A stretch of DNA of 64,000 nucleotides from Squalus acanthias (taxonomy: Eukaryota): positions 17,670,001 to 17,734,000 of the forward strand of contig CM059452.1 in the NCBI GenBank assembly GCA_030390025.1, given 5' to 3'. The position numbers were made by a program, and so were the translations under genes. The notes under the pieces are model-generated. The model was given only the letters and a program-made list of their open reading frames with translations, did not search any database and was not told the origin of the DNA. Below, piece after piece: positions 47,050 through 61,960 of this stretch (positions are counted from its first letter, which is position 1; every line of letters starts with the position of its first letter).

Positions 47050-50000
47050 CCCAGCTTCAATAGCTCTGACTGAAACAACATAAGACAAGATGAGGCAAAA
47101 AGGGAAGCTTATGTTAAATACAGAGAGCTAAATACTGCAGAAAGCCTAGAGGAGTATAGAAAGTGCAGGGCTGAAATTAGGAACGTAAGGAGAGGGCATG
47201 AACAAATATTGGCAAGTAACATCAATGAAAACCCAAAGGTGTTTTATAAATACTTAAAGAGCAAGAGAGTAACTAAGGAAACAGCGGGGCTTATTAGAGA
47301 CCATGAAGGTAAACTATGTGTGGAGACTAAAGACGTGGGTATGGTTTTTAATCATTACTTTCCGTCTGCCTTCTAAAAAGAGTCGGACGATGCAGGCATT
47401 GTAGTTAAGGAGGAGGATGTGTGAAATAATAAATTAGATAAACATTGTGAGAGGAAGTATTAATGGGTTGAGCATATTTGAAAGTAGATAAATCGCCAGG
47501 CCCGGATGAAATGTATCCCAGGCTCTTAAGAGAGGCAAGGGATGAAATAAGCGGAGACTCTGATCATAATTTTCAAATCCACTCTGTCGACAGGTGTGAT
47601 GCCAGAGGACTGGAGGACAGCTAAAGTTGTATCATAGTTTAAAAACGGAGAAAAAGAAAGAGCGTGCAATTACAGTCCAGTCTGCCTAATCTCGGTGGTG
47701 GGAAAATTACTGGAAAAAACCTGAGGGATAGTATTAATCGTCACTTAGAATACCCCCGATTAATCAAGGACAGTCAGCATGGATGTGTTAAGGGAAGTTC
47801 AAGTCTGACTAACGTGGTTGAATTTTTTGAGAAGGTAACAAGGAGGGTTGATGATGGTAGTGCGTTTGATGTAGTGTACATGGATTTTAGCAAGGCTTTT
47901 CACAATATCCCACACGGCAGTCTGGTCAGAAAAGTAAAAGCCCATGGGATCCAAGGGAAAGTGGCAAGTTGGATCCAAAATTGGCTCAGAGACAGGAAAC
48001 AAAGGGTAATGGTCGACGGGTGTTTTTGTGACTGGAAGTTTATTTCCAGTGTGGGGTACCTGAGGGCACAGTAATGGGTCCCTTGTTTTTTGTGGTATAT
48101 ATCAAGGAGTTAGTCTTCAATGTAGGGGCATGATGAAGAAGTTTTCAGATGATAAATACATTGGCCGTGTCGTTGACAGTGATGAAGAAAGCTGCAGACT
48201 GCAGGAAGATATCAACAGACTGCTCAAGTGGGCAGAAAAGTGGTAAATGGAAATCAATCCGGAGAAGTGTGAGGTAATACATTTGGGGGGTGGGGGGCTA
48301 ACAGGGCAAGGGAATACACAACTAATGTAGAGGAAAAGAGGATCCTTGGAGTGCATGGCCACAGATCCCTGAAGGTAGCAGGACAGGTAGATAAGGTGGT
48401 TAATACGGCTTACGGGATATTTTCCTTTATTAGCCGCGGTATATAATATAAGAGCAGGGAGGGTTATGTTTGAACTGAATAAAACACTAGTTAGGCCACA
48501 GCTAAGGTACCTCGTACAGTTCTGGTCACCACATTACAGAAAAGAAATAATTACAGTAGAGAGGGTACTGAGGAGATTTACGAGTAAGGGTCAAGGATGT
48601 CTCGGCGCGGGTGCAGAACATTCTGGAGGGGGAGGGGGAACAGCCAGTTGTCGTGATACATGTTGGTACCAACGATGTAGCTAAAAAAAGGGAAGAGGTC
48701 CTACAAGTAGAATTTAGGGAGTTAGGAGCCAAGCTAAAAAGTAGGACCTCGAAGGTAGTAATCTCTGGATTACTACCAGTGCCACGTGCTAGTAAGAGTG
48801 CAGAGAACAGGATAGTTAGGCTAAATACGTGGCTTGAGCAGTGGTGTAAGAGGGAGGGTTTTAAATTTTTGAGGCATTGGAACCAGTTTTGTGGTAGGTG
48901 TGACCTATACAAAAGGGACGGTCTACACCTGTGCAAAGATGGAACTGATGTTCTCGGGGTAATTTTTGATAAAGCAGTTCGGGAGCATTTAAACTAGTAT
49001 GGCAGGGGGCTAGAAACCTATGTAGTGAAATAGAGGAAAGTGAAAGGCTGACAGAAATAAATGGTAAAAGGGTGAGGAACAAAAAACAAAGGGCCAAACT
49101 AATTCATAAAAAATGTGAGCATAAAAAAAGCCTGAGGGTTTTATACCTTAATGCGAGAAGCATCAGGAACAAGGTAGATGAATTAGCTGTGGAAATAGAG
49201 GTTAATAATTATGATCTAATTGGGATTACGGAAACATGGTTGCAGGGTGAGCAGGGCTGGGAGCTTAACATACAGGGGTATTCAGTATTTAGGAAGGATC
49301 GACAAAAAAGAAAGAGAGGAGGGGTAGCATTGCTGGTAAAAGAGGGGATAAATGCAATTGAAAGGAAGGATATTAACTCAGTTAATACAGAAGCTATATG
49401 GGTGGAGCTAAGAAATAGCGAGGGGCGAAAAACATTAATAGAAGTGGTATATAGGCCTCCAAATAGTAAAATAGAGGTTGGGGAGGGCATCACGAGTGAA
49501 ATTAGAGAAGCGTGCAATAAGAGCACAGCTGTCATCATAGTTGACTTTAACTTACATATAGATTGGACTAGCCTAATCAGTAAAAATAATGAGGAGGAGG
49601 AATTCCTTGAGTGTTTAAGGGATGGTTATCTGGATCAATATGTCGAGGAACCAACTCGGGAACAGGCTATATTGGACTGGGTACTGTGCAATGAGAAGGG
49701 ACTAATTAGTAATCTTGTTGTACGGGGACCCTTGGGTCAGAGCGATCATAACATGATCGATTTCTCACTCGAAAAGGAGAGCGAAGAAATTGACTCAGAA
49801 ACTAAGGTCCTGAATTTAAACAAGGGGAATTATGATGCCATTAGACGGGAACTGAGTAGGTCTGATTGGACAACGTTCCTGGGAGGACTGGAGGTAGATA
49901 AACAATGGCAAGCATTTAAAGATAGAATGACAAAATTGCACAAAATTGTTTATACCAATCTGGCATAAAAGGAAATCTAAAAAGGTGACTCAACCGTGGA

Positions 50001-52495
50001 TAACAGGGGAAATTAGAGACAGCATAAAATCCAAAGATAGGGCGTATAAAATAGCCAAAAAAAGCACCAGAGCAGAAGATTGGGAACAGTTTAAGATAGA
50101 GCAAAGGAGGACAAAGGGCTTAATCAAGAGGGGCAAAATAGCTTACGAAAGCAAGCTGGCGGAAAATATAAAAACTAACTCCAAAAGCTTTTATAAATAT
50201 ATCAAGAGGAAAAGACTGGTGAAAACCAAAGTTGGTCCATTGCAGTCAGATACGGGGGAATATATAACGGGAAATAAGGAAATGGCAGACCAACTAAATG
50301 CATACTTTGGGTCAGTCTTTACGAAGGAAGACACAAAAAACCTCCCTGGGATATCGGGAAAAATAGGGACATTGGCAAAGGAGGAACTGACGCAAATCAA
50401 TATCTCTAAGGATATGGTGTTAAGGAAGCTAAAGGGATTGAAGGCGGACAAATCCCCAGGGCTTGATAACATGCATCCTAGGGTACTGAAGGAGGTGGCC
50501 CTAGAGATAGCGGATGCACTAAGTATGATTTTTCAGAATTCATTAGACTCGGGAACAGTGCCCATGGATTGGAGGGTAGCTAACGTTACCCCACTATTCA
50601 AAAAGGGGGGTAGGGAAAAAGCAGGTAATTACAGACCTGTAAGCCTTACATCAGTTGGGGGCAAAATGCTGGAGTCCATCATTAAGGATGAAATAGCGGA
50701 GCACTTAGCAAATGGGGACAGGATAGGACAGAGTCAACATGGATTTACAAAGGGTAAATCGTGCTTGACTAATCTATTGGAATTTTTTGAGGGAGTAACT
50801 GGTAAAATAGATGGGGGAGAGCCAGTAGATGTGGTGTACCTGGACTTCCAAAAGGCCTTCGACAAGGTCCCACATAAAACATTAGCATGGAAAATTGAAG
50901 CTCATGGGATAAAGGGGAAAGTATTGACGTGGATAGAGAACTGGCTGTCAGATAGAAAACAGAGAGTTGGAATAAACGGCTCATTTTCTGAATGGCAGGC
51001 AGTAACAAGTGGGGTACCACAGGGATCTGTCCTGGGTCCCCAGCTGTTCACAATTTACATTAATGACCTGGATCAGGGAGTCGGATGCAGCATTTCCAAA
51101 TTTGCAGACGACACTAAACTAGGAGGGTGGGTGGGCTCAGAGGAGGCGACCAGGAAGCTCCAGAGCGATTTGGACAGACTGGGTGATTGGGCGGATAAAT
51201 GGCAGATGCACTATAATGTGGACAAGTGCGAAGTTATCCACCTTGGGTGCAGGAACGGGAGGGCAAATTATTATTTAAATGGCAATAAATTGGGAGAGGG
51301 GGAAGTACAGAGAGACCTGGGTGTTCTTGTACACCAGTCACTGAAGGCGAGCATGCAGGTGCAACAGGCGGTCAAGAAGGCAAACGGTATGCTGGCCTTC
51401 ATAGCAAAAGGGTTGGAATACAGGAACAGGGATACCTTGCTGCAGCTGTACAGGGCACTGGTGAGACCACACCTCGAGTACTGTGTACAGTTTTGGTCGC
51501 CTCATCTGAGGAAAGATGTTCTTGCCATGGAGGGGGTGCAGCGGCGATTCACCAGGCTGATACCAGGAATGGCGGGATTGACCTATGAGGAGAGACTATG
51601 TAGTTTAGGGATGTACACACTGGAGTTTAGAAGATTGAGAGGGGACCTCATAGAAGTGTATAAAATTCTGACAGGTCTAGACAGACTAGATGCAGAAGGA
51701 ATGTTTCCCTTGGCGGGTGAGAACAGAACTAGAGGACATAATTTAAGGATAAGGGCTAAACCATTTAGGACAGAAATGAGGGGGAATTTCTTCACTCAGA
51801 GGGTGGTGAACCTGTGGAACTCATTGCCACAGAGGGCAGTGTACGCCAGCTCATTAAATATATTTAAGAGGGAATTAGATATATTTCTACAGGCAAAAGG
51901 GGTTAAGGGTTACGGAGAGAAGGCGGGGACGGGATACTGAATTGGAGGATCAGCCATGATCTCATTAAATGGCGGAGCAGGCTCGAAGGGCCGGATGGCC
52001 TACTCCTGCTCCTATCTTCTATGTATCTATGTATCTATGTATGTTGCCAGGACTGGAGAATATGAGGACAGATTGGATAGGCTGGCGTTGTTTTCTTTGG
52101 AACAGAGAAGGCTGAGGGGAGACCTTGTTGAGGTGTATAAAATTATGAGGGGCCTAGATAGAGTGGATAGGAAGGATCTATTTACCTTAGCAGAGAGATC
52201 AATGACCAGGGGGCATATATTTAAAGTAATTAGTAGGAGGTTTAGAGGGATTTGAGGAGTACTTTATTTCACCCAGAGGGTGGTGGAGGTCTGGAACTCA
52301 CTACCTGAAAGGAAGATAGAGGCAGAGACCCTCATCACATTGTAAAAGTACTTGGATGTGCACTTGAATTACCGAAACCTGCAAGGCTACGGACCAAGAG
52401 CTGGAAAGTGGCATGAGGCTGGAAAGCTCTTTTTCGGCCGGCACAGACACGCTGGCCTCCTTCTGTGCTGTAAATTTCTACGATTGTATGATTCC
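47050..52495 (+). mobile_element. Older CR1 (47050-48584 and 52040-52495) split by a younger CR1
   Basis: Host reads ...RVLRRFT| and resumes at ATGTTGCCAGGACTG (MLPGL) directly after the insert's tail. Confidence 0.85.
48585..52041 (+). mobile_element. Young CR1 LINE, 5'-truncated in ORF1; ORF2 49072-51940 with one frameshift near 49950
   Basis: Esterase ORF 48611-48997, endonuclease ORF 49072-49968, RT ORF 49946-51940, (CTATGTAT)n tail. Confidence 0.95.
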
Positions 52496-54029
52496 AACAT
52501 GCAACACATCCTGAAAAACACCAAACCATATTCCCATTGGAAGGCAACTGTGTAAATTTCCCTTGAGAGCAGAGACTTGTTCTCTCTGAACCATTCACCG
52601 CAGCCGAGTCGTCCGGCCCACACGGGGCCAACATGGTGGAGTTACTCTACCGATACTGGCCTCTCCGCGAGAGTCAAAGGGCGCGTTTCCGCTGCTGACC
52701 TGTGCTCGTGCTCCGGAGCGCAAACCGTGAAATTGCGCCCCGCCCGCTTGTTTTTCCGCCCATTAATGTCCATGGGCGGTAAATTACTGGCTGGAAATGT
52801 TTTGACCATGGAATCAAAAGAGGTGTCAACTGGTGGGAGTTGTCATTCATAACTTTGGCCATCTAACCTGGCATCATGTAAGTGTTAATGGACCACGTTA
52901 GAGTTCACATCATGAAAGTTATTTCCGATCTGATTATTACTGATATTAACTCAGCCGGATTTCTGATGAACATCCATTGCACCGGACATCACGGCCTGGA
53001 GATCAGTGTTGATGACGGTGGCGAAGCAGCATTTCCAGCGTTGGGAAGCGTTTCCTCCGTTCGCTGTTTTAACACATATATTGCATGGTTTAACCCGAGC
53101 TAAGGAACGGAAAGAGGAATGTTATAGGAACGGGTTTTCTCCGCTCCTATCTTGAGTTCTTGTCTCAATTATTAACCATCTGTTGTGTAGGCGGACGCCG
53201 CAACATCGGAGATTGGGTGTGCCCCGTGCTAGATATAGACTGAGGTTCTCAAATAACTTTCAGGAAGTAAAACTAGGAGATGAGTCAGTGAGTACAACTA
53301 TTGGACAGGTTGCAGTATCAGATCGCCATGGGTGGGGTGATGTACAGCTGTCTGAGTGAGAGACACAGTCACCTGCACCTTGCCCAAAGTCAAGGGTCAC
53401 AGGGACATTGCGTGAGCTCCATTCCTCGGGCAGATACTTTGTAATGTTAGATTAAAGTGGGTCGGAGTTCCATGTTCAACCTTGGCATTTTAAACTGTCC
53501 CTCTTCATTGGACTACAGTTATACTATAGCTGGCGCTACCGATTGGAGCTGGTTTTACAACACTCATTTACTGCATTGGCAATCTCACCCGCTGCAAAAC
53601 ACATTCCCATCCATTGAGCACTCTGCACACGACACCCCATCACTGCACTGGCACCTTCGCTACTAGTACAAACCCCAACCACTTCACACCCCTGCGCATG
53701 CGATTGTACAACTGCAAACCTTAACTGTGCGGGAATTCAAATGAATCTTGAAAAACGTAAATATTAGGCAAGTTATTAAAATTAACTCAAATGCGGGAGA
53801 GGGAGTTGGTGATAATTGTGTCCGCGAGGTGGATCAAATTGTCAAGCCGGATTAATTATCCTCGATAATGCTTTGTGTTGATGCTTGTGGCGTCGAGTGT
53901 CGCATAAAATGAGGCTCTGATGAGCAAAAATGCATTTATCTTCTGTGAGCCATGTTGCTCACAAACAAGTTGTGTTTTTTAACCTGGAGGTTACATCAGG
54001 CGTTGCCTCCTGCACTGTCTGGTGGGGTT

Positions 54030-54322
54030 TTCGGATGAGACGTCTGCTCTCTCGGGTAGATGTAAATCATCCCATGGCACTACTTCGAAGAGCAGAATTC
54101 TCCTGTGCAATATTTATCCCTCACTCAACATCCCTGGAACAGATTATCTGGTCATTATCACATTGCTGTATTTGGGAGCTTGCTGTACACACATTGCCTG
54201 CCCGTTTCTAACATTACAAAAGTGACTACATTTCCAAAGTACTTCATTGGCTGTAAAGCGCTTTGGGATGTCCTGAGGTCGTGAAAAACGCTGCCGAAAT
54301 GCAAGTGTTTCCTTCTTTCTTT
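54030..54322 (+). mobile_element. Deu-type SINE fragment
   Basis: Reverse-complement match to 42565-42900. Confidence 0.7.
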
Positions 54323-54649
54323 TTTAAACTCAGCGCAGACTTCAGCATTGGTATTTCCCCTTCCTTCTGAAGCCTGTGTTCTTGACACTAACGTCAGTAG
54401 CGCCAGACCTTGTCCATCCTCCTGACTTTGAAAATCGATTATCCCAAAGTCCATTCCATTTCCGAGTGAGTTCACTTGCTCTTGTTTCCTCTCAATATTT
54501 TGTTATTGGCTTCACTGAGCCGATCTTTGCAAATAATCAATCACGTTTCACTTCTAATACATTGTAGGATAATAACTTTACACAAATGCCAAGTAAAGTG
54601 GCAATCCAGAGAACTGGGAGACTGAGAGAAAACAACAAAGAGACACAAA

Positions 54650-56680
54650 GACAATATTAAGTGCTGTAAAAAGAGAATACAATAAACTTCCAAGTCATAG
54701 AAAGACTTACAGTGAAAAAAATTATGAGTGTATTAACAGTACGACAGTGGCTAAGCGAGCTGTAGGCCCATTAAAGAGCAACATAGCTAATACTGTAATA
54801 GATGACGAGTTCATGGCAGATATATTAGACGAGTGATTTGGATCCGTTTTCACAGTAGAGGAAGAGTATAAATTACCAGGTGATGGAAGGGAAACAAAAT
54901 AAATAAAGGGGAGGGAATTATTGTATTCAATATTAGCAAAAAAAATCGGTAATGGAGAAAATAATGAGACTTAGGATAAATAAATCTCCAAGGCCTGATG
55001 GTTTCCACCTCAGCCTATTAAAAGAAATAGGTGATGAATTTGCAGACGTGTCAGTCAGAATCTTTCAATGCTCTCTTGATTCAGGAATTGTGCAGTTAGG
55101 TTGGAAAATTGCTAATATCACTCCATTATTTAAGAAGGGAGGGACAGAGAAACCAAGTAACCTCAGACCTGTCAGTTGTGGTGAAACTGCTGGAGACTGT
55201 CATTGGAGGATAGAGTGAGTGAGCACGCCAACGGATATCAGCTGATCAGAGAGATCCAGCCTGGTCTTTTTAAGGGTAAGTCAGGTCTGAATAATCGAGT
55301 TGAATGTTTGAGGAGGTCACTAATAAGAAAAGCAATGGCGTGTCTATGGATGTCATCCAAATGAACTTCCTGAAAGCATTCTATAAGGTTCCACACAAAA
55401 AATTAGTAGCAAAAAGTAGGACAGAGACAGTGGGGTAAAGGGTATGTACGCAAATTGACAGGATCGGACAAGTGGCGTTCCCCAGGCCTATGTTCTGGCC
55501 ACTCAACATCTCACCATATTTATTAATGTCTTGGCTGAAGGAGTAGACAGCTGTATATCCAAGTCTGCAGATGGCACTAATTATGAGGGAGAGTAAGTAG
55601 TGAAAATGGGGGCAGAAAGTTTCAGAGGGCCAGAGACAGATTAACTATGGCCAATGGCGATCACTGTGGGCAAGTGTGAGATCATCCACATTCTACCGAA
55701 GAAAAATAAATCGCAGTATTTTCTAAATGCTGAGAAAGGAGGAACTGTAGCAGAACAAAGTGATTTGAGAGTCCAAGTGCACAAAAGCTAGTAAACAGAT
55801 ACAAAAATCAACCATGAGGGAGTGCAGCGAAGGTTCACTAGATTGATTCCTGGGATGGCCGGACTGACATATCAAGAAAGATTGGGTCAACTGAACTTGT
55901 ATCCTCTGGAGTTCAGAAGAATGAGGGGGTATCTTATAGAGACATTTAAAATCCTGACTGGTTTAGACAAATTAGATGCGGGCAGAATGTTCCCAATGGT
56001 AGGGAAAACTAGAACCAGGGGTCACAGTCTAAGGATTAAGGGGAAGCCATTTAGGACTGAGCTGAGGAGGAACTTCTTCACCCAGAGAGTGGTGAATCTA
56101 TGGAATTCTCTTCCACAGAAGGTTGTTGAGGCCAGTTCGCTAAATATATTCAAAAGGGAGTTAGATATAACACTGACAACTAGGGGGATCAAGGGGTATG
56201 GCGAGAAAGCAGGAATGGGGTACTGAGGTAGCATGTTCAGCCATGAACGCATTGAATGGCGGTGCAGGCTCGAAGGACCGAATGGTCTACTCCTGTACCT
56301 ATTTTCTATGTTTCTATGTTTCTATGTTTCTAATGGAATGTTGACCTTTATTACACAGAATTACAGAGAAATGTACAGCACGGAAACAGGCCATTCGGCG
56401 CAATAGGTCTTTACCAGTATTTGTGCTCCACACGAGCCTCCTCCCACGTTACATCATCTCACCCTATCAACATATCCTTCTATTCCTCTGACTCACATTT
56501 ACTCTAGCTTCCCCTTAATTGTATCTATTCTATTCACCTCAGCCACGCCATTGGTAGCTAGTTCCACATTCCCACCACTCGCTCAGTAAAGACATTTCTC
56601 CTGAATTCATCTTGAATTGATTATTGGATATCTTATATTTACGGCTCCTAGTTCTGGCATCCCCCACAAGTGGAAACAAC
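54650..56680 (+). mobile_element. Nested CR1 fragments: old RT (54650-55810), young 3' end (55812-56331), short minus-strand 3' end (56355-56680)
   Basis: KSPRPDGFH; ORF 55822-56226 ending GYGEKAGMGY*; (TTCTATGT)n tail. Confidence 0.85.
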
Positions 56681-57309
56681 TTAGAGGACTAAGAAACACT
56701 GAAACCTCTGTTTAATTTTTTTTAATACATCAAGTCAGTAAGATACAACCCCTTGAATGCAGTGCATTTGAGATATAGGCAACACATCTCACATACCAAG
56801 GACATCTTCAGGATTCAAGTTCCCCATAAGCTCCGGTGTGTTATACCTATTATATCTTTAGTTACGTAGGACAAATTTGTGTACCAGAGAGCACCACGTT
56901 CTGTGTCTATGCCGTTGATACGAAAGCTCGTTTAGTGGTAAGGTTAACTGCTACCATTTTCTGTCAATGCCTCTGATATCTTAGGTTGTTTATTACACTC
57001 GGACATTCCACAAATGAGTCAGCATTTGAAGCCTTATCCATTCCCCGTACATCCACAACACAAGCCTATTCATACCGTTCCCCTCCGTATTATTGACTGA
57101 TTTAATATATACTTACCCTATTTCTTATCGCTTCTCAAGAACGGTTAATGGGGTACTGTCTCCAATACTCCAGGCCTGACTATGTCTAGCCATTTCAGAA
57201 TGAGTAATATTATGTAGATATATGTTTTTGAAATTTAGTTTGGCTATTTTCCCTGCTGCACCTATACTTACTTCAAGTGTCTGTAGAACTGAGGCAGAAC
57301 GCAAGTGGA

Positions 57310-59680
57310 GCACATTTCAGTGGGAGAGCATTTGGGGAACAGTGACCATAATATAATCAGGTTTAGAATAGTTATAGGAAAGGACAACGTACAAATCAAG
57401 ATACAAATCAAGCACATAAATGCTTAACTGGACGAGGGCTAATTTCAGTGAGTTGAAAAGGGATCTCGTCCAGGTGGATTGGCATCAAAATATTGGAAGG
57501 CAAAATAGTAATTGAACAATGGGCGGCCCTCAAAGGAGAGATGGTTGGGGTGGATAGTTGACACATTCCCACGAGGGGAAAAGGAAGCGCATCCAAAGCT
57601 GGAACTCCTTGGTTACTGAAGATACAGATCCGGAAATTGCTGTCGGAGGTGTACCTAAGGAGTACTCCTCCGACACGATAAAAAAAATCCCCATTTACAT
57701 TCAATCTCCCAGCCTTCGGAGAATTCGGGTCCTGGGCCTGCAGTCGTACGCCTGCGTAAAGACCCACGGATCCCAGGGACGCAGGGAGTTTTGAAGTGTC
57801 TCTCGGATCACGTGGGCCCGGTCCTCCAATCACAAAGGAGGATTCCTAATGTGCTTAGGGCGATTCCATTTATGGACGGAATGAATATAAGCATATGAGG
57901 AATCGCCAAATAATTAAATGATTTATGGAACTGGAATAAATATGATTGTTCCCATATTCAAATTTCATTAAAGTCCCTTCAATAAAGCATATAGAATAAA
58001 AATATAGCTTTTGAAAAATAATTTTAAACATTTTACTACGGGCCATAATTTACATAAACTAATTTTAAAATGTCTGCATGATTTTTAATTTTAAAATTTT
58101 TAATTTAAGATTTATATTTGCCACTACGCCGGGGAAAGCAGGCCCGATGCCCGCTTTTATCAGATGTAAGGGTTTCGTGGGGATTTTCTTTGCAGCCGTT
58201 AGGCAAACAGCCCAGCTCTGTGCCAGCGAAAGTGTTTTTTGGGGCGGTGTGGTAGATCTGTCAAGGCAAACCTTGGCATATCACAAGTTCCATGTTTTCG
58301 CGCATGCGCAGCGTATGCAGAAACCCGGAACTTTTGGGGCCTTCCTGATGGGTTACGACGGCCTACGCTGTGTGCAGCACGGAAACAAAATTGAAACAGA
58401 AAGCAGAGTGTTGTGGTGAAAGTTTTATTTTCGACTGGAGGGAGGAGTCCTTATTAAGAGTGAAATAAAGTACCAAAGCAAGGAAATTATGCTGAACCTT
58501 TATAAAACACTGATTAGGTCTCAGCTGGAGTGTGACGTTCATGTCTGGGCACCACACTTTAGGAATGATGCCAGGACCATGGAAACGGTGCAGAAAAGAT
58601 TTGCTGGTATGGCACCAGGGATGAGAGACTTCAGTTATGTTGAGACATTGGAGAAGCCGGGGTTGTTCTCCTTAGAGCAGAGACGGTTAGAAGAGTTTAG
58701 AAAGAGGTGTTCACAATCATGAAAGCTTTTGACAGAGTAAATAAGAATAAACTATTTCCAGTGGCAGAATGTCGTTAACAACAAGACACAGATTCAAGGT
58801 GATTGGCAAATCAACCAGAGGTGACATGCGGAAACATTCTTTTGCACAACGAGTTTTCGTGATCTGGGATGCACTGCCTGAAACGGTGGTGGAAGCAGAT
58901 TCAATAGTAACATTCAAAAGAGAATTGGATAATTACTTGAAGGGGACAAATTATAGGGCTATGGGGAAAGAGCAATGCATGCAGAAAACCGGCAATTGGA
59001 GACAGAATACGCGAGAGTACGCAGTGCATACTCTCGCGATGCGGGACTAATTTTTGGGCCATTAAGTTGAACAGATAGAGTAGATAGATACAAACTATTT
59101 CCGCTAGTTGTGGAGTCTAGGACAATGGGACATAACCTAAAGGTTATAGCCAGACCTTTCAGGAGTGAAGTTCGGAAACATTTCTACACACAAAGAATGG
59201 TAGAGGTCTGGAACTCTCTTCCGCAAATGGCTTTTGATGCTCGATCAATTGTAATATTAAATCTGAGATTGAGAGATTTGTGTTAACCAAAGGTGTTAGG
59301 AGATGTGAGCCAAAGGCAGGTGTATGGAGTTAGGTCACAGATCAGCCATGATCTCATTGAATGGCGGAAGAGGCGCGTGGAGCTAAATGGATGGTCCTGT
59401 TCCTATGCTTATATCAACAAATCTAGTTTGGCCTTTTCCCTTGTCCGCAATGTTTCAGAAAATTGTCCTGGATACACTTTAGAAATTCATTGCCTTTACG
59501 ACTTGAGATGTTTTGCATCTCACAGTCTCTGTAAATTAAAATCTCCCATTATAGGCAGTTTTCCTTTGTTACATGCTTCTCTGATATCTGTATTTATGCA
59601 TCCCGCTTTGACATCACCGCCTTCAAGAGGTCTGTAGACAACTTCCTCCAGAGTCTTGCATCCTTTGCTGTTTCTTAATG
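57310..59680. mobile_element. Mosaic of CR1 fragments and a DNA-transposon-like element (57627-58400, probable terminus at 58977-59080)
   Basis: RT C-terminal ORFs 58489-59050; element related to 22486-22780; hairpin GCGAGAGTA..TACTCTCGC at ~59031. Confidence 0.65.
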
Positions 59681-60664
59681 GGGTAGAATTTAACTGACGC
59701 TAATCGACTCGCAGTTTTGCGCTCAAGGATTAATGATGTAGCTAATTTAGGGAGGCCTTTCAACGGGCGCTCGAAGGCCGTTAGGCTTTCGCAAGAGCTG
59801 TTATACCGAGACTCGGTCTGCCTGTTCAGACCCTGTCCAAAATCACGTGGTACTTTTTGAAGAGAAGCAGGTGAGATCTGCTGGTGTCACTCAGTGCCCT
59901 TAAATTCTACGATCTATCCGAAGTTAGAATTAATAGTACTGACTTGTAGTTAAATGATCTGGTATCAATCCATTGTGCTTGATCTGCGGAAGGAATATTC
60001 CCCATGTGCACAATGGCCCTTCACTCTCCCGTGCTTTAAGATGTTAATATATTCGTAGCTCAATCAATCCACTCCTAAATATCTCAAACTGCAGGTGCAT
60101 TAGCAGATTCAACACTCTGATCTCGAATCCATTCCAATCAATTTGAAACCGAACGAGACCGTAAGGATCAGACGTTGAGTCTTCGTGTCTGATCTGTAGG
60201 TAAGTAGGCTTTCACATCCTATCTCAATCAGCAGAGTGGTGGGGATGGAGTGTCCCTGGATTAGGAGAGTCGGTCAGAAATACAGTCCCTGAAGGATAAA
60301 TTGTGACCCACTCGGCTGTGATGCCAAAGGTCTCCTGCCGTTCAGTCAAGATCGAGACATCTGGTAAATCTATAGAATGATAGTCTTGAACACCCTCAAT
60401 ACCTAGAGCAACGCTACTGCCTAAAGGTTCTGACAAGTCAATACAAGACATTACATCTCCTTGCATCTATCATCCCGAACCTATCATTTGTAAGGGCTGT
60501 CTATACAGAGTTCAGCTCTCCAAAGCGATACATTTCCAGGGAAGGCCGTTACACACGCGACAATGCTCAGTGGCACAAGAGATGAAAGCTACCCAGTGCA
60601 GAGCCTATCATGAGGGAATCAGGTGATGCAGGGAAATCCTTCTGTGTTGCAGAAAGAAAAGCTA

Positions 60665-60784
60665 GGCCTAGATTTTCGTCTCGGGCGGTGGCGCAAAACG
60701 GGCGGTATTGGATCGGCTGCCCCTTACAGAGCGCCTGATATTTAGTTCCATTGGAGTCACTGCCCAAGACGAATTTCTAGCCCC
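60665..60784. mobile_element. ~120-bp MITE
   Basis: TIRs GGCCTAGATTTTCGTCTCGGGC / GCCCAAGACGAATTTCTAGCCC (18/22), flanked by TA. Confidence 0.65.
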
Positions 60785-61584
60785 TATAGCTATGTTAAAA
60801 AAATGTGGTATAATAAGCCTTACATCACTGTTAAAGTAATAGTTGTAGATGCCTTGGTCCTCTGCCTGAGGCCATTGTGGTCACCTGGGCACAGGCCAAT
60901 CAGGCAGAGCGCAGCGCACAACTTTGATGGGCCCAGCCCAACATTCCAGTGTTTGAGGCGCCTAGTCGTAGGCCCTGGAAAACGCATCTCACAGAATCTG
61001 TCGTTCGGAACAAACTTGAGCATCGTCTATAGGAAAGAACATTAGCAATAGGCAGCCGGTTAGTATTGCAAATCAAATTCCTGCCTCACCAAACTCCTTT
61101 TGTGATGAAATGACACACACAGTGAATGTTGGGAAGCCTGGTGATGACGTATACTCGGCTCCCACAAAGCTTTCCGTGAATGTTCCACATCAAAGACTGT
61201 AACACTGGAGTAAAACCCCGGGGGAGGGTAATGTTTACTGAATGCTGGGCGAAAGGCGGGTGATCACGATTCGGCAGCCCGTTTCACACCGGCCTCGATT
61301 TATTTTCCAGCGGTGTCATTGGTAACACCTGGAGCTGGGTCAGCATTTGGATAAAAGTGGATAAGAGTCTGGTACTGGTTTGGGGACTGATTTGGGGTTG
61401 AGAACATGTGTGGAGTGCCCCAGGGATGTGAGTCAATATTTGTTCATTTTACAAGGGGCCCCAATTTAGAAAGTAATGTAAGTTGGTGCAAATCGCAGAT
61501 AAAAGGACGGAGGAAAAAATCTAATTGCACAATCCGTGGGTTACTGGAGAACCTAAGTAATATTTTACTGTGAGCCGGTCTAGA

Positions 61585-61960
61585 GTCATAGAATCATCGA
61601 ATAGTACCGCACAGAAGGAGGCCATTCGGCCCATCGGGTCTGTGCCGGCTCTTTCGAAGAGCAATCCAGTTAGTCCTACTCCCCTGCTCATTCCCCAAAC
61701 CCCTGCAATGTTTTCTCCTTCAAGTATTTTTCCAATTCCCTTTTGAAGGCTACTATTGAATCTGTATCCACCACCCTATCAGGCAGTGCATTCCAAATCC
61801 TAACCACTCGTTGTGTAAACAGGTTTTTCCTCGTGTCACCTCTGGTTCTTTTGTCAATCACCTTAAATCTGTGTCCTCTGGTTATCGACCCTGCAGCCAT
61901 TCGAAACGGCTTATCTTTATTTACTCTATCTAAATAGTTCATGATCTTCAACACCTCTAC
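61585..61960 (-). mobile_element. CR1 3' end
   Basis: ORF 61688-61954 (TRGHRFK, FTQRVVRIWNALP, LQGFGE) and CATAGAAT-type tail. Confidence 0.88.
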
